Shown here: positions 27,498 through 41,616 of the stretch, piece after piece
Position numbering within the stretch: the first letter of the stretch is position 1
How the letters are laid out: every line of letters starts with the position of its first letter
Source of the DNA: Ptychomitrium polyphyllum
Taxonomy: Eukaryota
Reading direction: 5' to 3'
DNA: 64,000 nucleotides
Assembly: GCA_973851085.1 (NCBI GenBank)
Contig: OZ316775.1
Coordinates: 5,580,001-5,644,000, forward strand
Position numbers and translations under genes: made by a program
Notes under the pieces: model-generated
The model's input: only the letters and a program-made list of their open reading frames with translations
Database searches by the model: none
Told to the model about the DNA's origin: nothing

Positions 27498-30400
27498 CTA
27501 AGCCACAAACTCCGGATTCTGGATGTCCTTGAGCAAACCAACAATTTGCTGCATGGTTGGGCGCTTGGAAGGAAGCTCAGCAGTGCAGAGATAGCCTATA
27601 CGCAGCGTCTCCAGCATCTCGCTCTCCACCCCAGAGCTAGCCAACTTAGGGTCCAAACATTTGTATCCTCGTTTCTCTCTGATTAGAGCCCGAACCCAGC
27701 CCACCAGATTCCCACCATAACTGTCATGAAAGTAATGTCCAGTGGGCCTCTTCCCAGTGACCAACTCCAGCAACACAACTCCAAAGCTGTAGACATCACC
27801 CCTAGTTGTAGCCTTCCACATCTGGCCATACTCTGGAGGGACGTAGCCTAGAGCTCCACCAATAGCAGGAGCCTCCGGGCGTTTGTCAGAGATGATCAGA
27901 CCTGCCAGTCCACAATCTGCAAGATGAGGCTCGTAGGTAGAGTCCAGCAAAATGTTGCTTGAGGTTACATCTCGATGCACTAAGTGAGGAGAACAGCCGT
28001 GGTGAAGAAAGGCAAGTGCTCTTGCAACTCCTAGTGCAATACGATGCCGGATGGGCCAACTCAAATCTTCATTAAATCGAATTTCAATATCTGGATTCTC
28101 CCATGTATCCTTTGACCAGTCATCTGGGTTGTGGTTACCTGCATACAGAGCTGTTTGTCAACACAAAGAGTATTAAACCAAAACCCCACTCAAGCAACAC
28201 ACATTAACTAAAAACAAAGCTAACTTTGGGATGCAATTTTTGTCTATAAGATTATTCAATTACCTTCAGGTAGTTCATGCAGGCGTCTCTGAATGTCTCC
28301 GTTCTCCATGAACTCATAGACTAAGAGTCTCTCCTCCCCAACCAAGCAATAGCCCACAAGAGACACAAGGTTGGGGTGTCTGATCTTCCCCAACGCCTCC
28401 AATTGAGCTGCTTTCTCAAACTCGTTGGCAGGGCCGCCTTCAAACAGGACCTTTACCACTATCTGAAAGCCCCCTGCTAAGGTACCCTTGTAGGAGGGGC
28501 CATAGCCTCCATCGGATATCTGGTTGTCCTTGTGAAAGTTAGCTGTAGCTTGCAGAATGTCTGCAAAGGTCAAGTTCAGCAAAGGCTTCTCGAACATGAT
28601 TACTGGAATGGACCCGGCCGAAGGAACTTGCATTGCCCATGTGCTAGGATCTGTCTCAAAAGTCACTGGGAGTTTACTGGAGAGGTACTTAGAGACGTCT
28701 TTAGCTGCTAGCTTCCTAGGCTTCCTTTTGAGCAGCAAGAGAAAAATGGTGAAGAAACCACAGCAAGAGAAAATGCTGCCTATTACAATACCAATGATAG
28801 CCCCTACTCTTAAGCGCTGACCCCTGAAGTGATGCCTCGGATGTGGACCTAGAGAAATTGTTGGAGCTGGAGATGAGCCAGGGCATACTTTTTTCAGAAT
28901 AGAACCACATAGTAGTGGATTGCCTTGAAAAGCAGCGCTGTTGAGATTATTCCATGCATTTGAACTGGGAATTTCGCCACTCAGATTGTTGTAAGAAAAA
29001 TCCACGTAGACTAAACTTGCAAGTAAAGTGAACTCGGGTGGAATCACACCAGTAAGATTGTTGAAAGAAAGGTCCATAAATTCTAAACCTGTTGATCGAG
29101 ATAAACCTGCAGAGATATTCCCATTCAAGTGGTTGTGGGAAAGATCCAGATTAACCAAGCTCCCTAGAGCGGCAAACGAGTCGGGTATGGGCCCTCCAAG
29201 ATTGCAAAAGGAGAGGTTTAGGTGGAAGACATTGACCATCCGGAAGTTGACATTAGGTAGCAATCCTTCAACAAAAGAATTCCTGGCTAGCCCTACATGA
29301 CGAATGGTGCTCAACCCAACAAAATCCCATGGAATACCGCCACCCAACTGATTGGAAGAAAGCTCCAGCTTTTCTAGGGCTGGCAGAGTTGCAATACCCT
29401 GTGGGATGCTTCCAGAAAAACCGTTGCTTTGAAAGTCCAACTCCTGGATTGTAGACGAAACAGTTGTTGGTAAAGGCCCTGTGAAGTTATTGCTTGCAAC
29501 TCTCACAACTGTCAGGTTGACGGATGCTAACACTCCTGCAGAGATGCTACCATTGAGAAAGTTGTTGCTGCAATCCAGGAAGCTTATAGATACGCTTAGT
29601 GGTGGAAGGGGACCAGTTAGCCTGTTGTTAGCCAATGAGAGGTTTTGTAGGTAAGGAAGCCCGGTCAATGAAGCAGGAATACTGCCATTGAATCTGTTTG
29701 AGGAGAGGGAAACTACTTTGAGCTTCTGTAAGTTTGAAAAACTTGGAATGAGTCCCTCAAAATCATTCTCGGAGACGTCAAGAAACTGTAATGCAGTAAG
29801 CCTCTGAAATTGCCAAGATATAGATCTGGTCAACAGGTTGCTACTCAGGTTCAAAAATATCAACTCGGCAAGTTTGTCAAAAGCCCAAGGCATCTCCCCG
29901 TTGAGCTGATTAGATGAAAGGTCCAGGTGTCGAAGTTGGCCAGTATTACTAAACACCGGAACTCTATAGGTGAAATTGTTTGAATGCAAGTCCAAGAAGT
30001 TCAAATAACGAAAATCACCCAGCGTTGTAGGCAAAGGCCCAGATAGCGCATTTTGTGAGATATCCAACGTTAATAGCTGGGGGAGTTTGCTCACCAAGGG
30101 AGATAAACCGCCTGTCAGTCTGTTCTTGTCAAGCCTAAGGTCTGTGAGGCTGGAAAGATTAAAAATATCTAAAGGAATATCCCCTATGAGCAGATTGTTC
30201 GACAGATCTAGGGATTTCAAGGAATAGAGAGCCCCCAAAGTACCGGGTAATATGGTCCCATTCAACCCACGCCCACTGAAGTTGATTGTCCAAATGTGTC
30301 TCTGAGCGCCTAGTGCAATGCAGGTCACAACGCCTACCCACTCACAAGGAGAAACCGAAGTGTTATAAACGGATCTATAACCCGGTTGCGCAGTTTTCAA

Positions 30401-30574
30401 GAATCTGAAAAGGTTTGTTTCATCGGACATCTGCGCAATGACGCCCTGAAATAAAATCAGCATCAACAGCAGCCATGCTGCTACCCGTCCCATGAGAAAC
30501 CCTCGCCTTGTGCAGGAGTCTGCCCCAGGAATTACTCTTGTTGGCATCGACATGGCTAGCATTGACACCCACAT
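27498..30574 (-). CDS. Leucine-rich-repeat receptor-like kinase (resembles Arabidopsis At2g24230/At5g58150 type), 2 coding exons, up to 983 aa
   Basis: Exons 30574-28264 and 28138-27498 with a GT..AG intron at 28263-28139. Signal peptide, plant extracellular LRRs, TM (VGAIIGIVIGSIFSCCGFFTIFLLLL), juxtamembrane FETDPSTW..VIMFEKPLLNLTFAD, DDWSKDTWE insert, kinase HRD..GYVPPEY. The true start may be a downstream in-frame ATG such as 30493. Confidence 0.95.
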
Positions 30575-33500
30575 TGTAATTTTATCTATGGCAACCGTAT
30601 AAACCAGTCATTCTGTTGTAACCTCCTCATTTCTTCGTAAACCTGCAAGAGCAGAAAATCAGGATAAACCACAAATATCCTGATGGTGATGGGTTACAAC
30701 TGCTCTTCAACGTCGAAGACTATCCAGCATCCGAATCACTTGTTAGAACAAAGACGTGCGATGTACGATTTGACTACAACTACGATAATCTAAACCAGTA
30801 TCCAGCCAATCATAAGCGGTGAAGGCCTGTTCAGATTCACAATACCTTATCCATTCCGCTCCACGATGCGTACACCTGGAAACCGCACATCACAATAACC
30901 AAAGCGGTAAATTAGAGAGTAATCGCTACAGATCAAGGACCATTCATTGAACTCATTCGATCAACAATAAAAAGCAGAAAAAGCTAGGAGCTAAGTTCAC
31001 GATATAAACCTCCAAGACCTGATCAACATCAGAATTCAACATCTCTCATCTGATAGGACCTTTCTTGTTTACGCAGCCGTGAACTCAATTGTCTCTAATA
31101 CAGACTACGCCCCTGAAACCGAATGCACGCTCGTAATAGGACCCACGTGATAAAGATTTTATCCATTTACAATAAGGTCCTGCTACTGCTATCTCAGGTG
31201 AGGTTCCAAACTATTTTCACCAGTCAAAGTTTTCTGTAATGAAGCTAACAATATTAGTAGAACGCTACAAGTCACTTCGACATATTTCGGCTTCACGACT
31301 TTCCCTCACTTGGTCCACGCGGAGGCGGCGGGGAGTATTCCACATCATCCACTTCATAGAAAACTAACCCAAAAGACTCTACAGCAACACATTATAATCT
31401 ACACACATAGAGATTCACCAACCATACGAAGGTATATAAGTCTTATAAACAAAAATATGCAACCACATCCAACCGTGTATACACATCGAGCACTACTGAC
31501 TATGAACTTACAGATCTGCCTTCCCTTAACTGATTCCGAGACTAATTATATCACCCACATACCAAAGTTCAAAAGTACTTCTACAGTACATTTGTTATGA
31601 CACCCCCACGTCATTAAACATCTCATTTCAATTTCAGATATAGTTTGTTGCCGCGCTCCGAGCTACCAAAAAACGGCTTGATCTAACCAACCAAAAGAAA
31701 ATAAAGACAAATGATAAAACAATACTACAGGCCTTGATAGTGGCCAAGAGTCTCGGCCCTTACTACATCCTTTAGCAAACCAAAGTTTCGATGAACGAAA
31801 TCAAGAGGGTGAAACAAATCAGAATTTAAGTCTTCCTGAAAACGCACCTGCTTAACTAAAGGTAGATGCCTTCACGAAGCATCCTCGTCCACCATAACCA
31901 ATGCCGTAACCTCACCAAAAAAAAATGAAGATTCTTTTCTCTACCATATGTTACAGCGCAGCTGCCAAAATGCGCGACCATGAAGAGCCGGGTGTCACAT
32001 CCAACCCCTCCTTGCACCACCACATTTCACCAATCCACCGCAATTCCACTCTCCAAGAGCTGAACCTTCTCCCACATCCGCAGCTCTTCACCCTGCCTTC
32101 TAAACCTCCCTGCCGCCTCTTCGCCCTACAATCAAAAAGCGTCACCTTGGTTCCCAAACAATTCCCGCCGCTCTTCTTCCTCCAAACCAGTGGAAACACA
32201 AACACCACCCTTTTGATCTCTGCTTCACGTGCCTCTGAAACTCACTACTAGCATAACCTGATGACCTCAGTCACCACTAGAGTACGATAAGCTCCTGCAA
32301 AATGGTACTCACCGTCACTCCCAAGGTGATGTAAGAGTCAACCGTAACGCCCACCAGGTGATGTGTGCTTTCCAGAAGTGATCCAGCATGAGAGTTAGAA
32401 AAATGCCGGTGCAGACTGCTGCTGTGCTGGGGCTCTGGGCAGGCAAGGCAGGAGAATGCAGGATGGTGGAGCTAGCACAGCAAGGACACCATAGCCCCAC
32501 AAGCAAGGACTAGGGACAACGGGAGCAGGACCAGCACCAGGAGAAGCACCCAAGGCGTTTACTTTGGCTACTGCCCGGCTACTAACTAGGCTGCCGCTGC
32601 CACTCGCCTCCTGACTGTTCCAGACGCTCTGCAGTGTAATGTACCGACCTCTTTCTTTCCCACTCACCCCTCGATTCACGTTACACTACTTCTTTTCTGC
32701 TGTGCGGTTCCATTACCGTATCAGAAAAATAGTGGTATTTACCCATAGATTTAGAAGTTTACCGTTTTTGGTTTCGTGCTTTTATCGTCTTTACTGCAGA
32801 CAAAAATGAGTTCTATTAAAGTACAGTGTCAGCGGAACCAGTTCCAAGATTACTGTATCACACTTGTTATTATAAATAGCACATAGTTCAGTTGCAGTAT
32901 TTGAGTTTGACCGAAGCCAGTGAAATAATCATCGCTGAAAGTAAATGTGTATATTTTCGTTTTCTTAAAATGAAATAAGCATATAGGCACATCCATAACA
33001 TGACCTCACCACTATCATATCAGAGCACCTAGATTAAATATTTTGTTAACATAGTGTGCTAAAGTTTAGCATTTTATAGGAAAAAAAGTGAAGCATTAGT
33101 CTATAGTTGTTCATTGCGGTGCTAGTTTATTGAGCTAAAGAATGTTGTGTCCCATTCAAATGTAGTCAAGCACATGATCAAAATATTATAACATTCTTAA
33201 ATAATTGATAGCACTATGGTAAGTAAGTATACTTGGTAATAGCATATGAATTTAAGAATTCATGCACGAAATTTGATACTTGCTGGTTTATTAGAAAAGA
33301 AGATTATATGTATTAGATGTATGATAAGGATGTGGTTATAGGACAATTTTGATATGACAAGTAGAACCTCCGAGTCCAGGCTCCAGTGAGATTCCAATAC
33401 TATGGTGTACTACACTATTTTCACCTGTGGTTAGTGTTCTTAACAAGAAGTTCATTGTAGTGTGCATTTGAAATTATAACTTTGAAAGATTTAAAGATTT

Positions 33501-36500
33501 AAAATTTATGGGGATAAATGTTTTCCATCGGTTCCTTCAAAGAATTTGTGACAGAATCCGATTCATGTCAGTGGGCATTGGCAGCCCGGTCCTTTGATTT
33601 GTGGGTCAAAGTGGGATGCACAAAGTGTGCAGAAACTTGTGCATAACTACGACACAAAATTCAGGATCGAATATAAATAGTTTTCCATCCTCTTCTTCAA
33701 CTTCGTCTTTACTGCTGACATGCTTTATACTTCTATTTTCAAAAGTATATGAGTAGTTATTGCAAACCTATTCTAGAAACATTGAAACCAAGATGGATTT
33801 TTGGCTATATTCTTTATTGTACTCCCAGCAAACTACCTTTCCATTTTCGTAAAATGTTCTCTCTCGATAGATGTAGGAAGTTTCCAACTGAGTAAGGTTA
33901 AAGTGATGGGGCACTTTCATGTAAGTGTGGAGTAAATAAGTTCCCTGTATCATAAATGATGCTCACAGTCGATCAACGCCCTTACTTGTCCTTAGCATAT
34001 GGATGGTGGGTGGAATGAAGCAGGGTACTCCTCTACTCGTTTTAAAAATTTACTTCCATATTCAGCTCCTTCTCTTTCTTTGCAAGAAGTATACATGATT
34101 TGGTTTATGATAAACTTGTAACTTTATGTTGTAATTTTGTGTTTCATCTAGGTTGTAAATACCTTTTTGGACAATATTTTTGTTGTACAGGTATTTATTT
34201 TTGGTATTAATTGCTGCAAGCATATTAACTATTAATAGAAAGCTTTTGACATTGGATGAAGTATTTGATTTAGATATTATTTAAGTAGAATATACTTTAA
34301 GCAATTGAAGATATAAAAAGTAGGTGCTATTTATTGTCAAATGTATAATAGTAATTATTTATAAATGAATACTTGTTTCTTCCAAAACTTTGGCTGTAAG
34401 AAATTTGGTTTTGTTGTATGCATTTTATGAAATATTGAATTTAGAATGTCGTTTGTATTTGGAATGATCTAATGAGCTTGTGAAGTTCAATATGGTATCT
34501 AAAGCTTCTTTATTATAATGATGAATCTTTTAGTTTTTTGAAGCGTTTTTTACTCAATTTTTATATTATATTATTAAGCTTGTTGTTCATTTATTGGAAT
34601 TTTAGATGGCATTTTTTTAGTATTTTTGTTTAAATGTGTTTATACTGCTTAATTGTATATCATTCAATCATAATTAGAAATTTTGTGGTACAAAATTGCT
34701 AATTGATATTAATGCATTAATATTATTTTTTTAAAGTTTGTAATATTTTCTTAGTAAAATATTGAATAATAAATTGGATTTCCTTGATATGATGGATATT
34801 TTCAATTAAAAGCTGGTAAAAGCTATTGTTGTTTTATCCACATCTTTTCTTTGAAACAGGTCTTTTATATCTTATTCTCTTATTCCAATGGATAATAATT
34901 GTACTTAATTTATAATGGATGTTTTAATTGATTTTGATATTTTTAAAATCAACTCATTTAATGCTCATTCTTTTTTCTTTTTAAATTCCTTACTCTAATG
35001 AATAATGCCTCCAATAAAATTCATGATGAATATATCTTGTATTTTTAATAAATAAAATTTTAAATAAAATTTGAAATTCTTTATTCAAAACTAAAGTAGT
35101 TGCAACATAAGAAACAAAAGAATGCATATAAAAAATGAATTATTATTATTATTATTATTTAAAAAAAGTCTTTAATTTTTTTTAAAGAAAAGACTTAAAG
35201 TGCAAAATTATCACCTTATTCTTCCAATAGGCTTTAAAGTAAAGTAAAGAAAAAGAAATTTATACAAATTTTTGTCGCAAAAGAAAATATACTTGGCCAA
35301 ATTTTGAAGTTGAAAATATAGATATCTTAAATTGCATAGATTCTTAAAAGAGTGTGGTTTCTAAACACTACATTGCATTTGTGTGAAGTCATTTCAAAAA
35401 TCATTTTGAAAAAAAAGTTGGATTAAACTTGATTTATTAATTTTAACTAAAACTTCAAAAAATAGTCTTTAATCAACTTAGAGACAGAATGAGGTTTAAG
35501 GCAAATTAAGTGTTTTCAACAAATTTTGTATATTCTAATTATTTTTGAAGATGATTAATCCTAATATGTAATAACTACTTTTTAATTATAGAAATAAGCT
35601 TGTAATTCTACAAAAAAGTTTCTAGTAGAAATTTTGTTAAATCAAATTAAGTTTCCTTCATACATGTGTTTGCCAACAACTTTCACTATACACATAAAAT
35701 GCTTGTCATAGAAATTTTTTGAATTAAAAAGAACGCTACAATTCAAGAAATGCTTTGTTAACTTGTTTAGGTTGTCATCATAAATTTTTCAAGTGTGCAC
35801 GACTCAAGATTTTCAAATTTATAAAGTATATCTAGACATAATCATGATATTTCTACTTTGAACTTGACCAAGCCCAACTGTTATGGATACGGTTGTGATT
35901 AGTGATTGGTGATTATTTCTTCTCAGTAGCCTTCCAACCAGGTTACAAAAACCATCATGATAATTTAATGACTTGGATTATTCTAAACATGTTTAACAAC
36001 CAATTTTAAAAACAACTTGGCAGTGAACGTCTACTAGTGGAAATTGATGAAACTTGTTATGCAATTGATGGTGTTTTAATCGTGGCCATGCTCCCAATAG
36101 GAAATCGGAAATCCTTTCTTAAATTCGCGTAATGATGAGCAAGTAGTCGCAGTAAGCACCTGCTACCCCTCAAGGTCACTAGTAACTTGCCCTTGAAAAA
36201 CGGAGTGAATTATGATTATGAGTTCGTAATTTTTGTCAGGTTGCCAACACTTCAACGTGATGGCGATGGAATGTCAGTGCAGGGCAAGAACGATTATTGC
36301 CTGCCATTCACAGGAAGCTCGAGTCGTGACAAAACAATAAAAGCCGAAGTTGAAGCCTGTCCTTGCAGGATGTGACCACCTGTGACGGACATGATGGCAC
36401 CTGGATGGCCATAAACCCTGAAACCACGGGGGTATGACAGGGGCTTCATGGAATGAAGTTGAGTGTCAATCACTTTCATGATTGCAAGTAAGAGATTCTT

Positions 36501-37063
36501 CCTAATTTTATTTCACAGTTTTCACAGATGTGGGCATGATATGAAGTTTTCTGAAAATGTTGTGAAAATCTGAGATTTTTTGAAACTAAATTTCTGGAAG
36601 TCATCGTGAAATGAAATGTTCATTTTTACTTCGAAATACTCTTAAGAGCTCCAATTTGTTTATTTCTAACATAATTTTCAATGAAGAATGGTCAAGGTGG
36701 AAGAACACTATCCATGACTCCGGCATTAACTAAAATGTAGTATCAATTTACAAATGAAATAATGTGTTCGATATCAAGAATTTTCCAAAATTTCAAAATG
36801 AAATAAAATGATTTAAATAGTCATAATTTGTTATTTAAGAGCAAATACAAAAATGAATTATCTTTTCATGAATCAAATTGACGTTTTCAAACCAAAAAAT
36901 TCATACAACACTCTGTGATAGTTCATTTTGATTAATTTTTTGTGCTCACAATCCTAAGTAAAATCCAAAATAAATTTTAATTGATTTTGTTTAGTTTCAA
37001 AGAAGTTCCAAGAATATAAAAATATCTTTATACAACATTTTGGATGAAAATCATCTAATATTA

Positions 37064-37410
37064 TGTCATGAACATACATCATCAATAATCTTTTGTAAAT
37101 TTTTATAATAAATCAAAAATACGTATTGGTTTTTGAAAACTTTTATTGACTTCTAATGAAGGTATTATAATTTTCTAAAACCTTTCAATACCTTTTCATA
37201 ACCATCCATAAAAGGTTCTAAAAGACCAAGGTTTTATAATATGAATAAGAAGTAATATAAGGTACACTTTACTTTTGCCAATTTAAGTTGTGGAAAAATG
37301 CATAATGTTGCTATCTTTCCAATTTTATACTCTTTTTTTAATATTAATATAATCATCAATTTCTTCTTATATAGCAATATCTCGTTTATCTTTTTTTCTT
37401 TTCTTTTACA
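37064..37410 (+). mobile_element. Highly degenerate LTR, family A
   Basis: Starts TGTCATGAACATACATCATC (consensus TGTCACGGACATAGATCATGC). Internal AATAAGAAGTAATATAAGGTACAC..TTGCCAATTTAAGTTGTGGA matches family A. Ends ..TTTTACA. Confidence 0.55.
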
Positions 37411-37902
37411 TGCATGTCACATTATAAAAACTTGAACAAGTAATATCAATTAAAACCTCAAAATGACTTTGGCTGAATTTTATATTGATATGAATTACTC
37501 ATCAATTCTATTAAGGATTATAAATCTCCATTAAAAACTTGAAATTTTTGCGCATACTAAATTCAAAATTGAAAAGTATGACGACTTATTCAAATTATAT
37601 TTACAATCCAATGGACTTTGATAGTGCCAAGCTAAGTTCTATTGCCTAAGTTACAATATTTTATGGCTATTTTGTAATATATACAATATTATAGTTATAT
37701 TTAATAAGAAATTTTGATAATTTAGAAAATCTTTACTTGGTTTCTAAACCAAGTGAAGAATATTTCGTTATTGGTTGAATTTCCAAAAATTTGTTATATT
37801 CTCCATTCAAAAGAAATTATTATATAATATAATTAAAAAAATTCAATTCCTACATGTGAATTCACAAATCTCTATTTGAAATTAATAGTTAATATCAACT
37901 AA

Positions 37903-39162
37903 TGATCCAAAGGTCACCCCGGGCCACCATGGTGCCGGTGTGAAGACACCATCCTAAACTAGTGACACCTCACGCATACTTTAAAACTCACTAGTTCCTT
38001 TTGTAAAATTGGCCACCCATTGTCACGGACATAGATAATGCAATATAATATTTAGAACCATTTAAAACCTTCTAGTATATTATAATAGCATCTTATAATA
38101 CTTTCAAATGTTTCCACAGCCGTTTCTACGTTTTTAGAAAATTTCCTAGAAAAGTTCTAGTTCCTCACAAAACTTCCTGTGAAGGTTCCATCACCTCAGG
38201 AAACTTCCTAGGAAAGTTTTACCACTTCAAGAAACTTTCTATGAAAGTTCGAACACCTTAAGAAATTTCCATAGAAGGTTCTTACATCTTAGAAACCTTC
38301 TTGGGAAGGTTTTATTAACTTCTAAGACATTCTTAAGCCTTGTAAAAAACTTCTTTAGAAATATCCTAGAAAATATAAGCGTCATAGTATAATTAGGAGG
38401 CAAGACAAGGTATTCTTTAATCTTGCCAATACAATTTGTGAATCATCTTATATTTTGCCTTGCTTTAGTCTTTGTATTAGTTCTTATTAATTATTAGTTC
38501 TTTAAAAGTTAATTCTCAAAAAACACTTTGTTTCTACTTATTTTTTCTTGTATTTTTCACACCCACCAGCTGACAATGGTGTAGGAGTCTTTGTATTGAA
38601 GCCTTAATACTAACTTTACCTACCAAGTATCCTCCTTCGTTATTACCAAAACACAATGAAAGTGGAGGGTTTTAGATCAACCCTCCTCTATAGCAAACCA
38701 TGTGGAATTTGTCAAGCTTCCTGGCCGTCTGTAGCTGGCCGAACTCTGGCACACCAAAAACTTTTGAATACCATCCAATTCACTTTGAGACTCAACCGCT
38801 GGGAACCCCCAAAATTGCTTGGGAACCTTTAAAGTCCAATATTTATAACATCCGGTCTTTGAATCTATCAAATAACCATTCTATTGTCATTTATTCTTTA
38901 CCTAGATGTTGGTAGATTCCTTAGATATCAAATTTGAGTTAGTATTTTGAGAGATAAGTATTCCTTAGAATTTAGGATTTCCAAAGAGTTCCTCGCTACA
39001 CTGTCCTAGTCCAACACAGTCACAATCCAGAATAGCTATAGTCCAAAATAGCCTTTGGGCAGCCTCAAAATTAAGGGTTTCATATCTTTTAGCTTTCTTG
39101 TCTGATTAGCAATCCTTAGCATCCTAGAATCAACTGCTTATGAGGCATCCAATGCCTATGAC
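37903..39162. mobile_element. Truncated family-B LTR, interrupted by a family-A solo LTR
   Basis: 37903-38020 and 38567-39162 are collinear with 39580-40111 and 41259-41435 (e.g. CCCGGGCCACCATGGTGCCGGTGTGAAG; ATAGTCCAAAATAGCCTTTGGGCAGCCTCAA). Confidence 0.75.
38021..38561 (+). mobile_element. Solo LTR, family A
   Basis: TGTCACGGAC...TTTTTCACA with near-perfect 5-bp TSD CCCAT/CCCAC. Family-B homology resumes on both sides. Confidence 0.85.
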
Positions 39163-39301
39163 TATTGGGGACACTAGAAACAAAAAGCAAAAACGAAGTG
39201 TTTTCCAAGAATAACCTTCCAAAGAGCTAATGATTAACAAGAACTTGTTACAAAGACTAGAATAAGGCAGAATTTAAGATGATCCACAACTTGTGTTGGT
39301 A

Positions 39302-41616
39302 TGTCGCAACCATTGTAATGCACTTTAACAAACGTCACGCGCGTCAATCCTGCACACCTCCACATGCACATGGTTAACCCCCATTTTTACTTTCTAAGTC
39401 CCAGACTTCGTTTCCAATTCCCCCTACCATTTCTCTTAGGACATTCAATTGATTGGTAGCCAATGGTTAGGTGCGGACTTCCATTCAAGTCTAAGGCATC
39501 ACTTGGTGTTACTCCCATTTCACACGGCCTAATTGCACTTAGTGCTGTCTCGTCAGCACCATTCCTGATCTCCAAATGATCATAAGATCATCCCGGGCCA
39601 TCATGGTGCCGACGTGAAGGCACCACCGCAATTTAGTGGTAACAAGCGTACTCTCTTGATCATACTAGTTCCCTTTGTGAAACCGATCATCCACCCGCTC
39701 ACACTAGTGTGGAAGTCCTCGAGGTGAAGCCCCAACACTAGCTCCATCAACCAGGACTCACCCTTAGTTCCTATTGGGACACTAGGAGAGTGGAGAGGAA
39801 GACCAGCCTTCTCCTATAGTACTCTCTGTGGGATTCGGCAGGCCCCCTAGCCCTCTGTAGCTGGCTGAATTCCGACACACCCAAAACTTTGGAAGACCAC
39901 CCGATCTCCCTTAGAATTTAGCCGCTGAAAGCTTCTGGGACTTTCTACGGACCTTTAGGGAGCCATATCTTCCACGTTTGCTCTCCAAATCTATCAAGCG
40001 ACCAATCTATCATCATCTACTCTTGGCGTATATGCCGATAGACTCCTCAAACGTCCAATTTGACTTAGTATTCTAGGAGAATGCCACTCCCAAGGTTCAA
40101 AACTTCCGAGGTGTCGCGCACCTCTCTTTCAAGAGTGCCCAAAGTACTAAGGGGACAAGGAGGACCTTGGAGTGACGTCCGGAACTTGTGGTGCCGATAG
40201 TGAGGGAAACCAAGTGGGCCTAGCGTGGGAAGGACCCATAAGGGGGAGAAACATCCTTGCCCAAGTAGACCGAGGGCCACAAGGGATAAATTGTGGGCAT
40301 TGGAGGAATCACAAAGAGTTGATTCTAGAATGCTAAAGATTGCTTAAATTGGACAAGAGAGCTAAAAGTTATGGCATCTCAAAGTTGGGGTTGCCAAGGG
40401 ACTGTTTTGGACTGTGGCAGCCGTACACAGTGATTGTACTGGACTGGGACAGTCCAAGGAGGGACTCCCCGGGAGTTCCAAACCGTAGGAGAGGCATATC
40501 TTCCAAAGTACTAACTCAAATTGGACGTTTGAGGAGTCTATTGGCATTTGTGCAAAGAATAGATGACAATAGAGTGGTTGCTAGATACATTCGCGCATCA
40601 AACAAGGAAGATATGGCTCCCTGAAGGTCCGTAAGGAATTTCGGAAGCTTCCAGCGGCTAAGTCCCAAGGGAGATTGGGTGGTCTTCCAAAACTTTAGGT
40701 GTGTTGGGGTTCAGCTAGCTATAGAGGGCCAGGGGGCCTGCCAAATCCCACAGAAAATACCATAGGGAGAAGGCTAATCTCCCTCCCCACTCCCCTAGTG
40801 TCCCGGTAGGAACCAAGGGTGAGTCTCGGTTGGTATAGCTAGTGTTGAGGCTTCACCACAAAGAATCCCACACCATTGTGAGACGGTGGACGGCCGGTTT
40901 CACATAGGGAACTAGTGAGATCAAGAGGGCACGCTTGTTACCACTAAGTTGAGGTGGTGTCTTCACGTCGGCACCATGATGGCCCGGGCTGATCTTAGGA
41001 TCACATGGGGATCATGAGTGGTGGTGAATAGACACCACTAAGTGCAGTTAGGCCGTGTGGAATGGGAGTAACACCAAGTGAGGCCTTGGACATGAATGGA
41101 AGTCCGCACCTAACCATTGGCTACCAATCAATTGGGTGTTTTAAGAAAAATGGTAGAAGGACTTGGAGAGTGAGAATGAAGGTTAATCATGTACATTTGG
41201 GGGTATACAGGGATGACGCGCGTGATGCTTGCTAAGGCGCATTACAAAGGTTGCAATACGGGGAGCTCCTTCCTGCATTGTTCCAGTCTAATACAGTCAC
41301 TGTTTAGGGGTGCCATAGTCCAAAACAGCCCTTGGCAGCCTCAACTTTGAGATGCCATATTTTTTGGCCCCCTTGTCCAATTTGAGTAATCTTTAGCATT
41401 CTAGAATCAACTTGTCGTGAGTCCACTAATGCCTATATTTTCTTCCTTGTGGCCCTTGGTTTACATGGGCAAGGATGTTTCTCCCCTTGGGATCTTTCCT
41501 ACGCTAGGTGCACTCGGGCCACTTCACTATCGGCACCACAAGTGTCGGACGTCACTTCAGGGTCCCCCTTGTACTCCTTAATGTTGTGGGCACTTCTTAA
41601 GGAGAGGTGCGCAACA
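39302..41616. mobile_element. Family-B solo LTR (~1.17 kb without its insert) inserted in the 3' LTR of the Gypsy element
   Basis: TGTCGCAACC...GTGCGCAACA. Flanks TGGTA/TAGCA are each one transition from TGGCA, the sequence found at this site in intact family-A LTRs. Confidence 0.85.
40112..41258. mobile_element. Second family-B solo LTR inserted antiparallel inside the first
   Basis: TGTCGCGCAC...GGTTGCAATA; reverse complement of the host copy (e.g. 40961-40988 is the exact reverse complement of 39592-39619). Degenerate TSD CGAGG/CGGGA. Confidence 0.88.

Noticed and set aside
31872..31895. In-frame TGA in the RLK leader as selenocysteine or read-through
   Set aside because: No SECIS evidence, and land plants lack Sec machinery; a short uORF is the simpler reading.
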